A stretch of 64,000 bases of DNA from Nitrospirota bacterium (GCA_963818475.1 CAWFSF010000006.1:1088001-1152000), one strand, 5' to 3'. Positions 30,203 through 41,815 are shown, counted from the first letter of the stretch. Made by a program: numbers and translations. Notes: generated by a model from the sequence alone, not told the origin.

Positions 30203-30811
30203 ATGGGCGAGATGGTGAGAAAAGCAACGATTGAAGAGATCATCAATCATTGGATACTGGCGGTCAGCTGTATCCTGCTGATCATTACGGGCTATGCCTT
30301 CCTTTTCAAACTCGAGCAGGTCGGTGTGGTATTCGGCGGGTTCAATGGCATGAGGGTCGTGCATAATTGGACTGGTGTGATATTCACCGTGTCCCTGTTC
30401 GGCACCTTGTTCAACTATCTTCATGAAGCGTTGGATATGAGCCGTGATGACTGGAACTGGATAAAGCTAGGGGGCGGGTATCTCACGAAGGCGCATGTAG
30501 CGGTTCCACCGATGGGAAAAATAAATACGGGCCAAAAACTGTACTACCTGGCGATCTTGGCAGCCGGGCTCGGGATCGCGGCATCAGGATTCGCCATCTG
30601 GCTCGTATCGGGCATGCGGACACTTACGATAGTATCTCATCTGGTCCACAATCTTGCCTTTATCCTGTTCGTGGTGGCCGTGCCTGCCCATATCTATCTC
30701 GGCACGTTTGCCAACCCCGGGCTGCTTCAGATCATGATCAACGGCATGGTTCCGCTTGAAGTAGCCAGGAAGAGATATCCGAAATGGATGAAGGAGATCG
30801 GAAAGCTGTAA
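30203..30811 (+). CDS. fdnI: Formate dehydrogenase cytochrome b556 gamma subunit
   Basis: Four TM helices with His ligands (NHW, VHNW, VHN, AHIY); GKINTGQK. Confidence 0.92.
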   Translation: MGEMVRKATIEEIINHWILAVSCILLIITGYAFLFKLEQVGVVFGGFNGMRVVHNWTGVIFTVSLFGTLFNYLHEALDMSRDDWNWIKLGGGYLTKAHVAVPPMGKINTGQKLYYLAILAAGLGIAASGFAIWLVSGMRTLTIVSHLVHNLAFILFVVAVPAHIYLGTFANPGLLQIMINGMVPLEVARKRYPKWMKEIGKL

Positions 30812-30855
30812 TAATGTCTTTTTTCCTTGAACTGTAAGGATCGGTCAAAAAATAG

Positions 30856-30900
30856 AAAGACCCGCTTTCAGCCACAACCTGAAAGCGGGTCTTTAGTTTT
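30856..30900. terminator. Bidirectional intrinsic terminator between fdnI and htpX
   Basis: aaagacccgctttcag-N7-ctgaaagcgggtcttt 16-bp stem flanked by A/T runs. Confidence 0.85.
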
Positions 30901-30933
30901 TAATTCCGAATTCCGCAATCCGAATTCCGAAAT
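30901..30933. repeat. Short heptamer tandem repeat (TTCCGAA/TTCCGCA/ATCCGAA)
   Basis: aattccgaattccgcaatccgaattccgaaat read directly. Confidence 0.7.
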
Positions 30934-30937
30934 GTTT

Positions 30938-31796
30938 TTACGACCTTCCCCTCGCCAGATCATTCAGCCGCTGCACCCGCTCTTCGATGGGAGGATGGGT
31001 GCTGAAAAGCTTCATCAAACCTCCGCCGGTCAGCGGATTCACGATGAACATGTGTGCAGTGGCAGGCTTGGCGATCCGTCATCGGTATCATTTGAGATCC
31101 CTTTTCCAGCTTCAGGAGCGCGTTTGACAGCCCTGAGGGGCTTCCCGCAATGCCGGCGCCGCCTTTGTCCGCTTCGAACTCCCGTGAGCGGGAAATTGCC
31201 ATCTGCACCAGCATGGCGGCGATGGGAGCAACGATCATCATGACGATCGCCACGATTGGATTCCCTCCCTCGTCATCATCGCTCCTGTGTCCCCCGCCGA
31301 AGATCATCGACCACTGGGCCATCTGGGCGAGCATGCTGATCGCGCCGGCAATGGTAGCCACCATGGTGCCGGTCAGCATATCGCGGTGTTTGATGTGGGC
31401 CAGCTCATGGGCGATGACGCCGGCCAGCTCCTCGCGGGAAAGGATGCGCATGATCCCCTGCGTAACCGCCACGACCGCATGCTCCGGGTTGCGGCCTGTG
31501 GCAAAGGCGTTGGGTGTTTCATCAGGAATAATGTATACGGTCGGCATGGGCATCCCTGCCTTCTGGACCAATGTGTGCACTATCGCATAGAGCTCGGGCG
31601 CTTCTGCTTCGGTCACGGGCTGGGCTTTGTACATCCTGAGGACTATTTTATCGCTGAACCAGTACATCCCCACGTTCGTTATGGTGGCGATCATAAGGGC
31701 CATGATCATGCCGCCCCTGCCCCCGAGTGCTCCGCCGATAGCAACGAACAGCACCACGAGGAAAGTCATTAAACCTACTGTCTTTACCGTGTTCAT
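30938..31796 (-). CDS. htpX: Zinc metalloprotease HtpX (indel near 31072)
   Basis: [24 protein letters not shown]; C-terminal [11 protein letters not shown] in the shifted frame. Confidence 0.93.
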
Positions 31797-31892
31797 AAAC
31801 TCCGTCAACCTCCGTTAAAATGATCGTTTGACTACTGCTTCAAATTACCACAGTAGTCCCTCTTCGTCAATATAAAGGAAAATACTTTTCTA

Positions 31893-31921
31893 TTGACAAG
31901 GTAGGGCCACTTTGTTATATT
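31893..31921 (+). promoter_or_regulatory. Sigma70 promoter of tRNA-Gly/tRNA-Cys
   Basis: TTGACA-17bp-TATATT with extended TG. Confidence 0.75.
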
Positions 31922-31949
31922 TGCCAAGTCAAAACGCAGGAAACACACT

Positions 31950-32025
31950 GCGGGTGTAGCTCAGCTGGTAGAGCGCGACCTTGCCAAGGTTGAGGTCACG
32001 GGTTCGAGTCCCGCCACCCGCTCCA
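31950..32025 (+). tRNA. tRNA-Gly(GCC)
   Basis: gcgggtgtagctcagctggtagagc, anticodon loop ttGCCaa, ggttcgagtcc, ending cccgctcca; 76 nt. Confidence 0.96.
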
Positions 32026-32029
32026 TTTT

Positions 32030-32131
32030 ATTCAGTTCAGAGTGCAGAGTTCGGAGTTCGGAGTTTACCATTCGCATCTCGTCACTCTCGACTCCTGTCT
32101 TCCTCCTAACTCCCAACTCATAACTCGTAAC
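32030..32131. repeat. Heptamer-based imperfect inverted repeat in the tRNA spacer
   Basis: Left arm cagagtgcagagttcggagttcggagttt; right arm ctcctaactcccaactcataactcgtaac. Confidence 0.65.
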
Positions 32132-32139
32132 GTACAAGC

Positions 32140-32215
32140 GGCGGCGTAGCCAAGTGGCTAAGGCAGAGGTCTGCAAAACCTTCATTCATCGGTTCAAATC
32201 CGATCGCCGCCTCCA
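32140..32215 (+). tRNA. tRNA-Cys(GCA)
   Basis: ggcggcgtagccaagtggctaaggc, anticodon loop ctGCAaa, ggttcaaatcc, ending gccgcctcca. Confidence 0.96.
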
Positions 32216-32238
32216 ACTTTTCCCGCTAAGCGGGAATG

Positions 32239-32370
32239 AAATAACAAATTCTAAATAACAAATCCCAAATAATATCCAAATCAAAACTCCAATTTCCGAA
32301 ACATTTTGAAACGTTAGAGTTTTAGTTTTGGAACTTATTTGTAATTTGGCGCTTGTAATTTGGTGCTTGT
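32239..32370. repeat. AT-rich heptamer palindromic element, copy 1
   Basis: AAATAAC/AAATCCC units on the left, GTAATTT/GCTT units on the right; similar to the reverse complement of 45076-45203. Confidence 0.8.
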
Positions 32371-32375
32371 ACCTC

Positions 32376-35300
32376 ATGATGCCTCATGCCGATTTCGTCC
32401 ACCTTCACCTCCACACCGAATACAGCCTGCTCGACGGCGCCAACTCTCTCGATGGACTGATAAAGAAGGCTGTTGAACTGCGCATGCCTGCTGTCGCGGT
32501 CACGGACCACGGCAACCTGTTTGCCGCGCTGGATTTCTACCTGAAAGCCACCAAAGCCGGGATCAAACCGATCATCGGGTGCGAGATGTATGTAGCTCCC
32601 GGTTCCCGCTTCGAAAAAACCGGAACTGCAAGCCAACACGATGAAAGTTTCTACCACCTCATCCTTCTGGCCCGGAACAAAGCAGGGCTACAAGAACCTC
32701 GTCAAGCTCGTTACCAAGGGCTACCTCGAAGGATTTTATTACAAACCCCGCATCGACAAGGAACTGCTCCGTCAGCACAGCGACGGTCTTATCGGCATGT
32801 CGGCATGCCTCTCCGGCGAGATCCCCCGTCTTTTGCTCCAGGGGCGGTACGAGGATGCCAAAAAAGCTGCTCTTGATTACCAGAGCATTCTCGGGAGCGA
32901 TAACTTTTATTTCGAGCTGCAGGACAACGGCATCCCTGAGCAGGAGCAGGCCAATCGAGAACTGATCCGGCTGTCGGCCGATACGGGCATTCCCCTGGTG
33001 GCGACGAACGACTGCCACTACCTGAACATGGAAGACCACAAGTCCCACGATGCCCTGCTCTGCATCCAGACCGGCAAGATCGTGAAGGACACGAACCGCA
33101 TGAGGTTCTCGTCCGAGACCTTCTATGTGAAGTCTCCCGAGGAAATGAAAAAGGCCTTCGCCTATGTGCCCGAGGCTATTTCGAACACCATCGCCATTGC
33201 CGAGCGCTGCAATCTTGAAATGGAACTTGGCAAGTACCACCTTCCCCACTTTCCGGTGCCCGACGGCGCTACGCGCGAATCCTACATGGCGGAGCTCAGC
33301 CGCACGGGACTGGAAGAGCGGTTCGCGGAGATCGAGGCGGTGCGCGGCGCAGGGAGCATCGACCGCGAGGCATATAAAAAGAGGCTGGAATTCGAGATCG
33401 AAATGCTCGGCAAGATGGGCTTTGCCGGGTACTTCCTGATCGTCTGGGATTTCATCCGGTATGCCAAAGAGCACAACATTCCCGTGGGCCCGGGCCGCGG
33501 CTCAGCTGCCGGCAGCCTCGTTGCCTATTCCCTCCGCATAACGGACCTGGACCCCATTCCCTACAATCTCCTCTTCGAGCGGTTCCTGAACCCCGAGCGC
33601 ATCAGCATGCCTGATATCGACGTGGATTTCTGCATGGACCGCCGTGACGAGGTGCTGAAATATGTGACCGAGAAATACGGACAGGACCATGTGACCCAGA
33701 TCATCACCTACGGCACCATGCTCGCCAAAGGCGTGATCCGCGACGTTGGCCGGGTGCTCGACATACCCTACGCGGAAGTGGACAAGGTCGCCAAGCTGGT
33801 GCCGAATACGCTGGGCATCACGCTTGAAAAGGCCATGGAACAGGAACCGAAGCTCCGGGAACTCAAAAAGGACCCACGCATGGCCGAGTTGATCGAGATC
33901 GCGCTCAATCTCGAAGGACAGGTCAGACATGCGTCGAAGCACGCTGCAGGCGTCGTGATATCCCAGGAGCCGCTTACCGAGTATCTTCCCCTCTTCAAGA
34001 CGCCCAAGGACGAGATCACCACCCAGTTCGACATGAAGGGCGTGGAAAAGATCGGTCTGGTCAAGTTCGACTTCCTCGGCCTGCGCACGCTCACCGTGAT
34101 CCACAAGGCCGTTGAAACGATCAACCAGCGGCTGTCCAAGGCGCCATTAGCCAATACCGAGCAGTTCTCGATCAGCCGCATCCCCTTTGACGACGCCAAG
34201 ACCTATGAGCTCCTGTCGCGCGGTGAGACCGCAGGCATCTTTCAGCTGGAATCCTCGGGAATGACCGACATCGTGGTCAAGATGAAGCCGCAGTGTTTCG
34301 AGGACCTGATCGCCCTGGTCGCACTCTACCGCCCGGGCCCGCTCCAGAGCGGCATGGTGGACGATTTCATCAAGCGCAAAGAAAGGTTCGACCAAGATCA
34401 CCTATGAACTGCCCGAGCTCGAATCGATCCTGAAGGACACCTATGGGGTCATCGTGTATCAGGAGCAGGTGATGCAGATCGCCCGCACCCTGGCAGGCTA
34501 TTCCCTCGGCGGCGCGGACCTGCTCAGACGCGCCATGGGAAAGAAGGACCCCGAGGTCATGGCCAAGGAAAAGGTGCCGTTCCTGAAGGGCGCCGAGAAG
34601 CTGGGGGTCAATCTCAAAAAAGCCGAAGCCATTTTCGACCTCATGGCGAAGTTCGCCGAGTACGGGTTCAACAAGTCCCATAGCGCCGCCTACGCGCTGG
34701 TCTCCTACCAGACCGCCTATCTGAAGGCGCATTATCCGGTCGAGTACATGGCTTCCCTGCTCACGAGCGAAGTCCAGGATACGGACAAGGTGGTCAAATA
34801 TATTTATGCGGTGCGCCAGATGGGCATTACGATCCTGCCGCCGGACGTTAACCAGAGCATGTGGGACTTCACCGTTGTTGAGGCCCATGACCGGGAGAAC
34901 ATAGAACCGGGCAGCAACATCGGTTCGATCCGCTTTGGCCTTGCGGCGGTCAAGAACGTCGGCATTTCCGCGATCGAGGCCATTGTCGAGGCCAGGGAGA
35001 AAAAAGGCCTGTTCACGTCCCTGATGGATTTCTGCAACAAGGTGGATCAGCGAAAAGTGAACCGGCGCGTGATGGAAGCGCTCATCAAGTGCGGGGCCTT
35101 CGACGGCACCGGCAGCCGCCGGGCCCAGATGTTCGAAGGCCTTGATATGGTCATTGACCAGGGCGGCAAGCATCAGGAGCAGGAGTCCATCGGCCAGTTC
35201 AGCATCTTCGGTTCCCTGGAAAGCCAGAAGGAAATAGCGCTGCCCAATGTGCCGGAGTGGAAGGAAAATCAGCTCCTCGCGCATGAAAAGGAGAGCGTCG

Positions 35301-35899
35301 GATTCTATATCAGCGGTCATCCCCTGGCCGCGTTCGAAGCGGACATCAAACGCTACGCCACGGCCACTACCGAAACGCTTGATGGCGTCCAGGACGGCAG
35401 GGAAGTGACGATCTGCGGGATCATTGCCGGAATGAAGATCAAGGTAACGAAGAAGAGCCAGGAAAAAATGGCGATCCTTGATCTGGAGGACCTTTCCGGA
35501 GCAGTGGAAGTGGTCGTGTTCCCCGACCTCTATAAATCTTCCCAGCATCTGCTTCTGACGGATACCCCGCTGATCGTTGCCGGGACGCTCGACAAGAGCG
35601 AACAGGGAAACAAGATCAAGGCCGTGCGTCTGCATCTGCTGACGGAGGTAAAAAAACGCGGAACGACCAGGATGGATATCCGCTTCAGCGCAACGGGCCT
35701 CACGCAGGACGATCTGCTCAAAGTAAAGGACATCCTTCTCCGCTATAAGGGGACGATCCCCGTTTTTCTTCGGCTTCAGAACCCCACCCGCAAGGATTCG
35801 CTCATTTCCGTCGGAAAAGAGGTCCGGGTGAATCCTTCAGAGCAGCTCATCAGCGAGATCGAGGCCGTGCTGGGCGCCGGCGCCGTCTCGCTGGCATAG
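32376..35899 (+). CDS. dnaE: DNA polymerase III alpha subunit (indels near 32685 and 34382)
   Basis: HLHLHTEYSLLDG PHP domain, GRGSAAGS, PDIDVDF, YGFNKSH and OB fold. Confidence 0.96.
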
Positions 35900-35984
35900 C
35901 AGGCGTTATCACAACGGTCTGTACAGTGACGCCCTGCTGCATGTTCGACTCCGCTGCAGATATGACCAAGGTTCTGTCAGATCT

Positions 35985-36359
35985 ATGATGAAAAAATTTC
36001 AGGACCTGGTTACCTTCACGGAGCGTGATGTAGAGGAAGCTCTCAGGAGAAATGTAGATGACGAGATCTCCTTGGTGCCGCTCACGATCGCACTTGCTAC
36101 GAACGATCCTGCCTTTGCGCAGCAGGTCTGCCTGAAGCTTGCTGCAGACCATCGGCCCGTGGTGCGCGGCAATGCCCTCGTCAGCCTGGGCCATCTTGCC
36201 AGGCGATTTCGCAGCCTGGAAGAGCTGCCGGTCAAGAGGGTCATCGAAGCCGGGCTTGTCGATAAAGATGAGTATGTACGGCTTTCGGCTAAATCTGCGG
36301 CTGATGAAATACACCAATTCCTTGGATGGGCCTTTGAGAACCATGTCTACGGTATTTGA
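35985..36359 (+). CDS. Small HEAT-repeat-like protein (possible immunity-type family)
   Basis: VRGNALVSLGHLARRF and DEYVR helical repeats. Confidence 0.55.
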   Translation: MMKKFQDLVTFTERDVEEALRRNVDDEISLVPLTIALATNDPAFAQQVCLKLAADHRPVVRGNALVSLGHLARRFRSLEELPVKRVIEAGLVDKDEYVRLSAKSAADEIHQFLGWAFENHVYGI

Positions 36360-36436
36360 TCGCAGCATTGTTCCTGACCCCATCGCTCATACACTTCGAC
36401 ATTCGACTTTGAATCATTGACCATAATGGAGGGTTC

Positions 36437-37117
36437 ATGAGTAGCATTAAAGATTTTTTTGAACAGTTCGCCCTGATTTCGCTTGAAAAGCAGGCAAAAT
36501 TCGATCGGCTCACCGGCGAGCATTTTGCTGAATTCGATATAGATGCAGGCCTACTGAAAATCGATAATGATCTTGTATTTCCGTTTCAGGTACTTGGTAC
36601 GCAGTCAGATAATACCCTCACGTGGCTGTGGGCGTGGTCCGAAGAACATGCGGATGTTCAACCTGAACTGCTGGCAGCGGCACTGAAACTGAAGGACTGG
36701 GGATCGAAACAAGGCGTTGAAGAGTTCTGCCTGCCCGAGGTTGATATTGAGCGTGCCGACGGAATGATGATCTCGCTGATCGCGGCCGAAGTATGCAAAG
36801 CCAGCTGCTACTACCGGGACGCCTATGAGGGGGGCGCGGCGTTCGTGCTGCTCTCCGGAGCGGGTATTGACCGTCAGCCGGATTTCGAACTGTCCGGACT
36901 CCTGATATCCTTCACTGATATCGCCTCACGCTATGAACTTAACCACCGGAACACATTGCTGTCCTACCTCCGGATGAAGGGCCTTCCCTTTGTAGAGGAT
37001 GGCGCCATGATCACCGGCAAGCTCGAATCCGGAGAGGAGATCCGGATGGAATTCGGCGGCAGCGGCATCATCGTGTCGCTGAACGGAGAATCCTTTTCTC
37101 TTCAACAGTCCCTCTGA
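36437..37117 (+). CDS. DUF6882-like protein
   Basis: QVLGTQS..TWLWAW motif; SD GGAGG. Confidence 0.6.
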   Translation: MSSIKDFFEQFALISLEKQAKFDRLTGEHFAEFDIDAGLLKIDNDLVFPFQVLGTQSDNTLTWLWAWSEEHADVQPELLAAALKLKDWGSKQGVEEFCLPEVDIERADGMMISLIAAEVCKASCYYRDAYEGGAAFVLLSGAGIDRQPDFELSGLLISFTDIASRYELNHRNTLLSYLRMKGLPFVEDGAMITGKLESGEEIRMEFGGSGIIVSLNGESFSLQQSL

Positions 37118-37313
37118 TAATGCTTACGAGAAGCTCGTGCCGTGGCTTAAGATGCCTGTGCTCTGGGGCTGCACCTCGTCTGATGCCGGAAATAATGGAC
37201 AGTGCATCGAGGGGTTGGATGGAGTGATCTCTCTGGCGCGCATCCCTTACCATTGCAAGGGCATTTGTGACGGATGACAGAAGTTCCCGCTTATCGTCAA
37301 CAGCAACGATCCG

Positions 37314-39101
37314 TCAGCCCGGCGAAATCGCTGGGGTCGGTGTATGGACTGGCCCCGCCGCTTGAAGCTCGTTCGGATATTCCCCCTTCGGGAGATATAT
37401 CTCGAACGTCGTTCCCTCCCCCTCCCTGCTCTGGACCAGGATCTCACCGGCATGGCTTTTTACTATGCCATACACCATGGCAAGACCCAAACCGGTCCCC
37501 TTTCCCTCAGGCTTAGTAGTAAAGAACGGAACGAAGACCTTGTCCAGGATCTCGCGGGGAATGCCGGTTCCTGTATCTCGAACGGCGAGCACCACATAGC
37601 TGCCTGGAGCCGGGGAAGGAAACACCGGGGGAGCATCAGCCTCCAGCTCTTTGACAGCTGTGGTGAGGGTTATCGTGCCGCCTTCATGCATGGCATCCAT
37701 GGCGTTCATCACGAGGTTCGCGATGACCTGCTCCAGATGGATGCTGTCGCCGCTGATCATCGGCAGGTCCGGGGCGAGCAGCACCTGCACAGTAATATTC
37801 CGGTCGAGCAGCGCCGGTCCAAGCAGTTCAGCAGTATCCAGTACGACGGAGTTCAGATCCGTCGGTACGAGCGTCAGGCTCTTCTTGCGCGCAAAGCTGA
37901 GAAGTTTTGATACCATCTGTCCGGCACGCCAAGCCGCTTCCTCTATGGTCTTTATCCTGCGCTTTCCGAACTCGTCGGTGACCGCATGTCGCCGCAGCAC
38001 TTCAGTGTGGCCGAGAATGCCTGTCAGGACGTTATGGAAATCGTGGGCGATGCCGCCTGCGAGAACGCCCAGTGACTCCATCTTCTGGGACTGCAGCACC
38101 TGTTCCTGCAGTTTCATCTTTTCGGTGATGTCCCGGTAAAAGGACTGGATATACGGTACACCGCCGATGACGATCGATCGCGAGCTGATCTCGAGCAGGA
38201 CCCTGGTCCCGTCCTTGCGGTAATGCTCGGCCTCGTAGACGAGGGATTCGTTGTTCAGCATCCTCCTGAACCGCTCATCGATCTCGCCTCCGACCTTCTC
38301 GATCTCTATGAGCCGGATGCTGGTTCCGAGGACTGTTTCCTGCTGAAAGCCATGAAGTTCGCAAAAACGGTGGTTCGCATCGGTTATGTTACCGTTCCGG
38401 TCAAGCACCGCGATCCCGTCGTTAGCGTTGTCGAAGAACGCGCGGTATTTCTGCTCTGATATCTCCAGCGCCCCTGTTTTTTCCACGACCTGGTCCTTCA
38501 GGCTGCTGGAATACAACTCGAGCGTTCGCTTGTCGTCGGAGAGTTCCGCCCTGAGCTGCAGTTCCGTGACGATCAATTTCTGGTTGTAATATCTGAGGAG
38601 CAGGCCGATGACGAGGGTGGATATCAGGAACGCGTTATTGCTCACGAACACACCGCTGGTGATGTTTTCCGTGAGCATGATCGGCACGACATATATCCCG
38701 TAGATGATTCCTACGAGAATGAATGACAAGGATACGCTGAACGGCACAAAACCCAGGCAGCAAATCGCCAGGATGAGCATGGCTGCATAGTAGGGTGAGC
38801 TCTGTCCACCGCTCTGGAGAACAGCGAGTTCGACCGTAATGGCGCACAGGGCCGTACCGGTGATAGCGATGCCGTACTGGTAGACCTTGCTTAGCTTCAG
38901 CTGGTTGAGATAATAGAGGATAATAAGGGCTGCTGATATGGCAAGACGATAGACCATGAAGCGCTTAAAGTTATCGACTGATATGAAGTAGTCCATGAAT
39001 TCCAGGACGGGAAAGAGAATGGCGCCCATGATGAGGACCGTGCCGATCCAGTCCTGCGTCAGCTTTAGGAGGTGGTTTTTCGGAGAAAAGCGCTGTTCCA
39101 T
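37314..39101 (-). CDS. Membrane PAS-domain sensor histidine kinase
   Basis: N-terminal TM helices, PAS domain, GGIAHDF H-box, NLVMNAMDA, DTGTGI and GTGLGL boxes. Confidence 0.92.
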   Translation of the reverse strand: MEQRFSPKNHLLKLTQDWIGTVLIMGAILFPVLEFMDYFISVDNFKRFMVYRLAISAALIILYYLNQLKLSKVYQYGIAITGTALCAITVELAVLQSGGQSSPYYAAMLILAICCLGFVPFSVSLSFILVGIIYGIYVVPIMLTENITSGVFVSNNAFLISTLVIGLLLRYYNQKLIVTELQLRAELSDDKRTLELYSSSLKDQVVEKTGALEISEQKYRAFFDNANDGIAVLDRNGNITDANHRFCELHGFQQETVLGTSIRLIEIEKVGGEIDERFRRMLNNESLVYEAEHYRKDGTRVLLEISSRSIVIGGVPYIQSFYRDITEKMKLQEQVLQSQKMESLGVLAGGIAHDFHNVLTGILGHTEVLRRHAVTDEFGKRRIKTIEEAAWRAGQMVSKLLSFARKKSLTLVPTDLNSVVLDTAELLGPALLDRNITVQVLLAPDLPMISGDSIHLEQVIANLVMNAMDAMHEGGTITLTTAVKELEADAPPVFPSPAPGSYVVLAVRDTGTGIPREILDKVFVPFFTTKPEGKGTGLGLAMVYGIVKSHAGEILVQSREGEGTTFEIYLPKGEYPNELQAAGPVHTPTPAISPG

Positions 39102-39246
39102 GGGTTTGATTATAAACTAATTTAATTGTAAAATACAATAAATTCTGCATACCACTAGTTCCCAGGCTGTTGTTGTCACCCTTGACAAGATGAGCTTATT
39201 CACGGTATTCTGCGACATCAATCAAACTGCTGAGGAGTTACAGGAC

Positions 39247-40035
39247 ATGCATCTGCTCGACATCCTTGAAAGAAAATTCCGCCGCTATGCTATTCCGAAC
39301 ATCACCATTTATCTTATCGCAGGCCAGGTGCTTTTTTTTATGTTCGCCGTGTCAGGCCGGTTCATTCTCGAGCGCGTTCTCCTCATTCCCGAACTTGTTC
39401 TGGCGGGCGAATGGTGGAGGCTGATCACCTTTCTGTTCATTCCACCGATAAAGAATCCGATCTTTGCTTTTTTTGCCTGGTATCTGTTCTATCTCATGGG
39501 TGGCGCTCTGGAAGGCCACTGGGGCGCTTTCCGATACAATGTCTTTCTGCTGGTCGGCTATATCGTGACCGTAGCTGCATCGTTTCTTATGCCGATGTTC
39601 CCGGCAACAAACGTATTCATCGGCGGTTCTGTGTTTCTTGCTTTTGCCTTTCTCTATCCCGACTTTGTTTTATATATCTTATTAATTCTCCCGGTAAAGA
39701 TCAAATGGCTGGCGCTGCTCACCTGGATCGGCTATGCTTATCAGGTCCTGTTTGGAAGCTGGTCAACGCGGCTGCTCGTGCTCGCTTCTATCAGCAACTT
39801 TCTCCTGTTTTTCGGCAAGGACATATACTGGAGGATGAAAACGGGGAAAAAACGCATGGCAACACAGGTCAGGGAATATTCCGGAAAGAAGGAAGCCTTC
39901 CATACCTGCGCGGTCTGCGGCATCACCGACCTGTCCAATCCGGCGATGGAGTTCCGGTATTGCCAGGATTGCGGCGGGCAGGGATACTGCACTGACCATA
40001 TCTTTAATCACGAGCATGTAAAAAAAGGGAAATAG
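39247..40035 (+). CDS. Rhomboid-like membrane protein with C-terminal Cys/His Zn-finger
   Basis: GEWWRLITFLF, LEGHWG, PVKIKWL; C-terminal CAVC..CQDC..YCTDH. Confidence 0.7.
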   Translation: MHLLDILERKFRRYAIPNITIYLIAGQVLFFMFAVSGRFILERVLLIPELVLAGEWWRLITFLFIPPIKNPIFAFFAWYLFYLMGGALEGHWGAFRYNVFLLVGYIVTVAASFLMPMFPATNVFIGGSVFLAFAFLYPDFVLYILLILPVKIKWLALLTWIGYAYQVLFGSWSTRLLVLASISNFLLFFGKDIYWRMKTGKKRMATQVREYSGKKEAFHTCAVCGITDLSNPAMEFRYCQDCGGQGYCTDHIFNHEHVKKGK

Positions 40036-40237
40036 AACAGGAAAACGCATGTAGACGTGTTTCCTAAAACGGTAACGAGAAAACATCGTTCAGGGAGAAA
40101 AACAAAGCTGCGGGAGGTCTCTCTTCAGCTTTAGCTTTTTGAGCGATGACGTTCGTGAGGGGTGAGGTGAATGGTGAGCTGACCGGATGGTTCGACATCC
40201 GGCAAGAGGAGTGTTGGGAAAAGTGATGGTCGCGCGA

Positions 40238-41660
40238 TCAGGCAGAATTCTTTACCGGTATCTTGATCCGCTGTCCGATGCTGAGAAGTCTTCCGCGCCG
40301 AAGGTTGTTCACTTCCATGATCTTATTTATGCTCGTCCGGTAGCGAAGTGCCAGGAGCGATAGCGTCTCGCCGCGTCTCACGCGATGAACGACATATTCC
40401 ACCTGCGGAGGTGACCATTTCGGCATGGTCGTCGAGGCTGGCAAGCAGCGCTTCGCCTTTGCCGGGAGGCACGCGGAGCGAATAGCTGATATTCGGCGTT
40501 GCATCACGACGCAGTTCCGGGTTCAACGCAGAGAGTTCACCCGGATCGATGCTGAGTTTCACTGCTATATCGCTTAATTGCACCGGCCGTTCGATCGTCA
40601 CCGTTTCGTACGGCAGCGGCTGGTCCAGTTCCTCCAGCGAGAAGCCATATTGCGCAGGATTGTTGATGATGGACAGCACAGCAAGGAATCGAGGAACATA
40701 CCGAGCTGTCTCGCGCGGCAACCGCTCATAGAAGTCCCAGAAATTATCGAGATAATTGACCTTCTGGTTCCGGATAACGCGGGCGACTGATCCTTCTCCG
40801 CAATTATATGCTGCGAGAACGGTTGACCAGTCACCGAACATCTGATGGAGCTCTTTAAAGTAGGCAATGGCCGCTGCTGTGGCTTTATCGGGATCGAGCC
40901 GCTCGTCGATCCAGGCATTTCTTTTGAGGCCGAACTTGTATCCGGTGGAAGGGATGAACTGCCAGAGGCCGAAGGCACGGGCACGGGATAATGCCCTGGT
41001 CTTGAACCCGCTTTCGATGAGCGGCAACCATGACAGCTCTTCGGGCAGTCCGGCTTCTTTCAATGCCTGTGCCATGTTGTTACGATATCTGCCGGAGCGT
41101 TTATAGGATTCCAGAAAGAAATCGCGTTCCACGGTCTGGAAAGACTGGATCTCACGCGTTACATGATTGTTCACCACCATGGGGATGGCATTATAACTCC
41201 CCTTGACCGTGGTCTGCTGGGAAGCATACATCTCCATGATCCTTTTAGAGATCGTGAACCGGAGGTCTTCTTTTTGCTGGGAGAGCTTTTGGCTGTTGGG
41301 AACCTTTAAAATAAGCGCATAGGCCTGATCAAGGGATTCGATCGCCTGGTCCATGTCGTTGTCTTCCCAGTACTCCTGGGCGGTTTCGGTAAGTTCCAGG
41401 GCCGTATCGAGGAGGCCCTGTTCGTCATCGGCCGAATAGGCCCTGCCTGCGCTCTTTTCTTCCGATGCCTCCGCCTCTGCTATAGCATCTAATTGTGTGT
41501 CATTGGTCCTGGATTCGGTCAACTGAGGTGAGGACGGTCCATCCTGCGTTTGGGCGGCCATTGCCGGTGTGATAGCAACCCCAGGCGAGTTTTGGGCTGC
41601 GCAGCCGAACATGGTCATAACAAGAGAAAGTACGAAAATAGGGCGAAAGGATGAGTTCAT
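40238..41660 (-). CDS. mltD: Lytic murein transglycosylase with LysM domains, lipoprotein (indel near 40430)
   Basis: LPLIESGF, GLWQF, AAYNCG, RETARYVP; LysM HRVRRGETLS in the 40238..40507 frame. Confidence 0.88.
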
Positions 41661-41815
41661 AATTGGTAATACTAAACGATGAAAATAAATAATGCAACAA
41701 CTATTTGGCCCCGTCTTGATATAAAGCAATTTTTATCGTATAAAGAACTGAGGTCCATGGTTATGCCGGATAGCAGGGGCGATTGGTGCTCAGAAAAGCG
41801 TGCAGGGTGGTGGCG

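Noticed and set aside
31950-32370. Prophage/ICE integration at the tRNAs, or a CRISPR array from the repeats
   Set aside because: No integrase, no duplicated tRNA 3' end, no regularly spaced repeat-spacer units and no cas genes.
27372-35635. Long antisense ORFs (312, 433, 271 and 421 aa) opposite fdnG and dnaE
   Set aside because: Shadow ORFs caused by high GC3 codon bias; no recognisable motifs.
32376-35899. Split or intein-containing DnaE, or programmed frameshifting
   Set aside because: No intein motifs or extra length; the breaks match the window-wide indel pattern.
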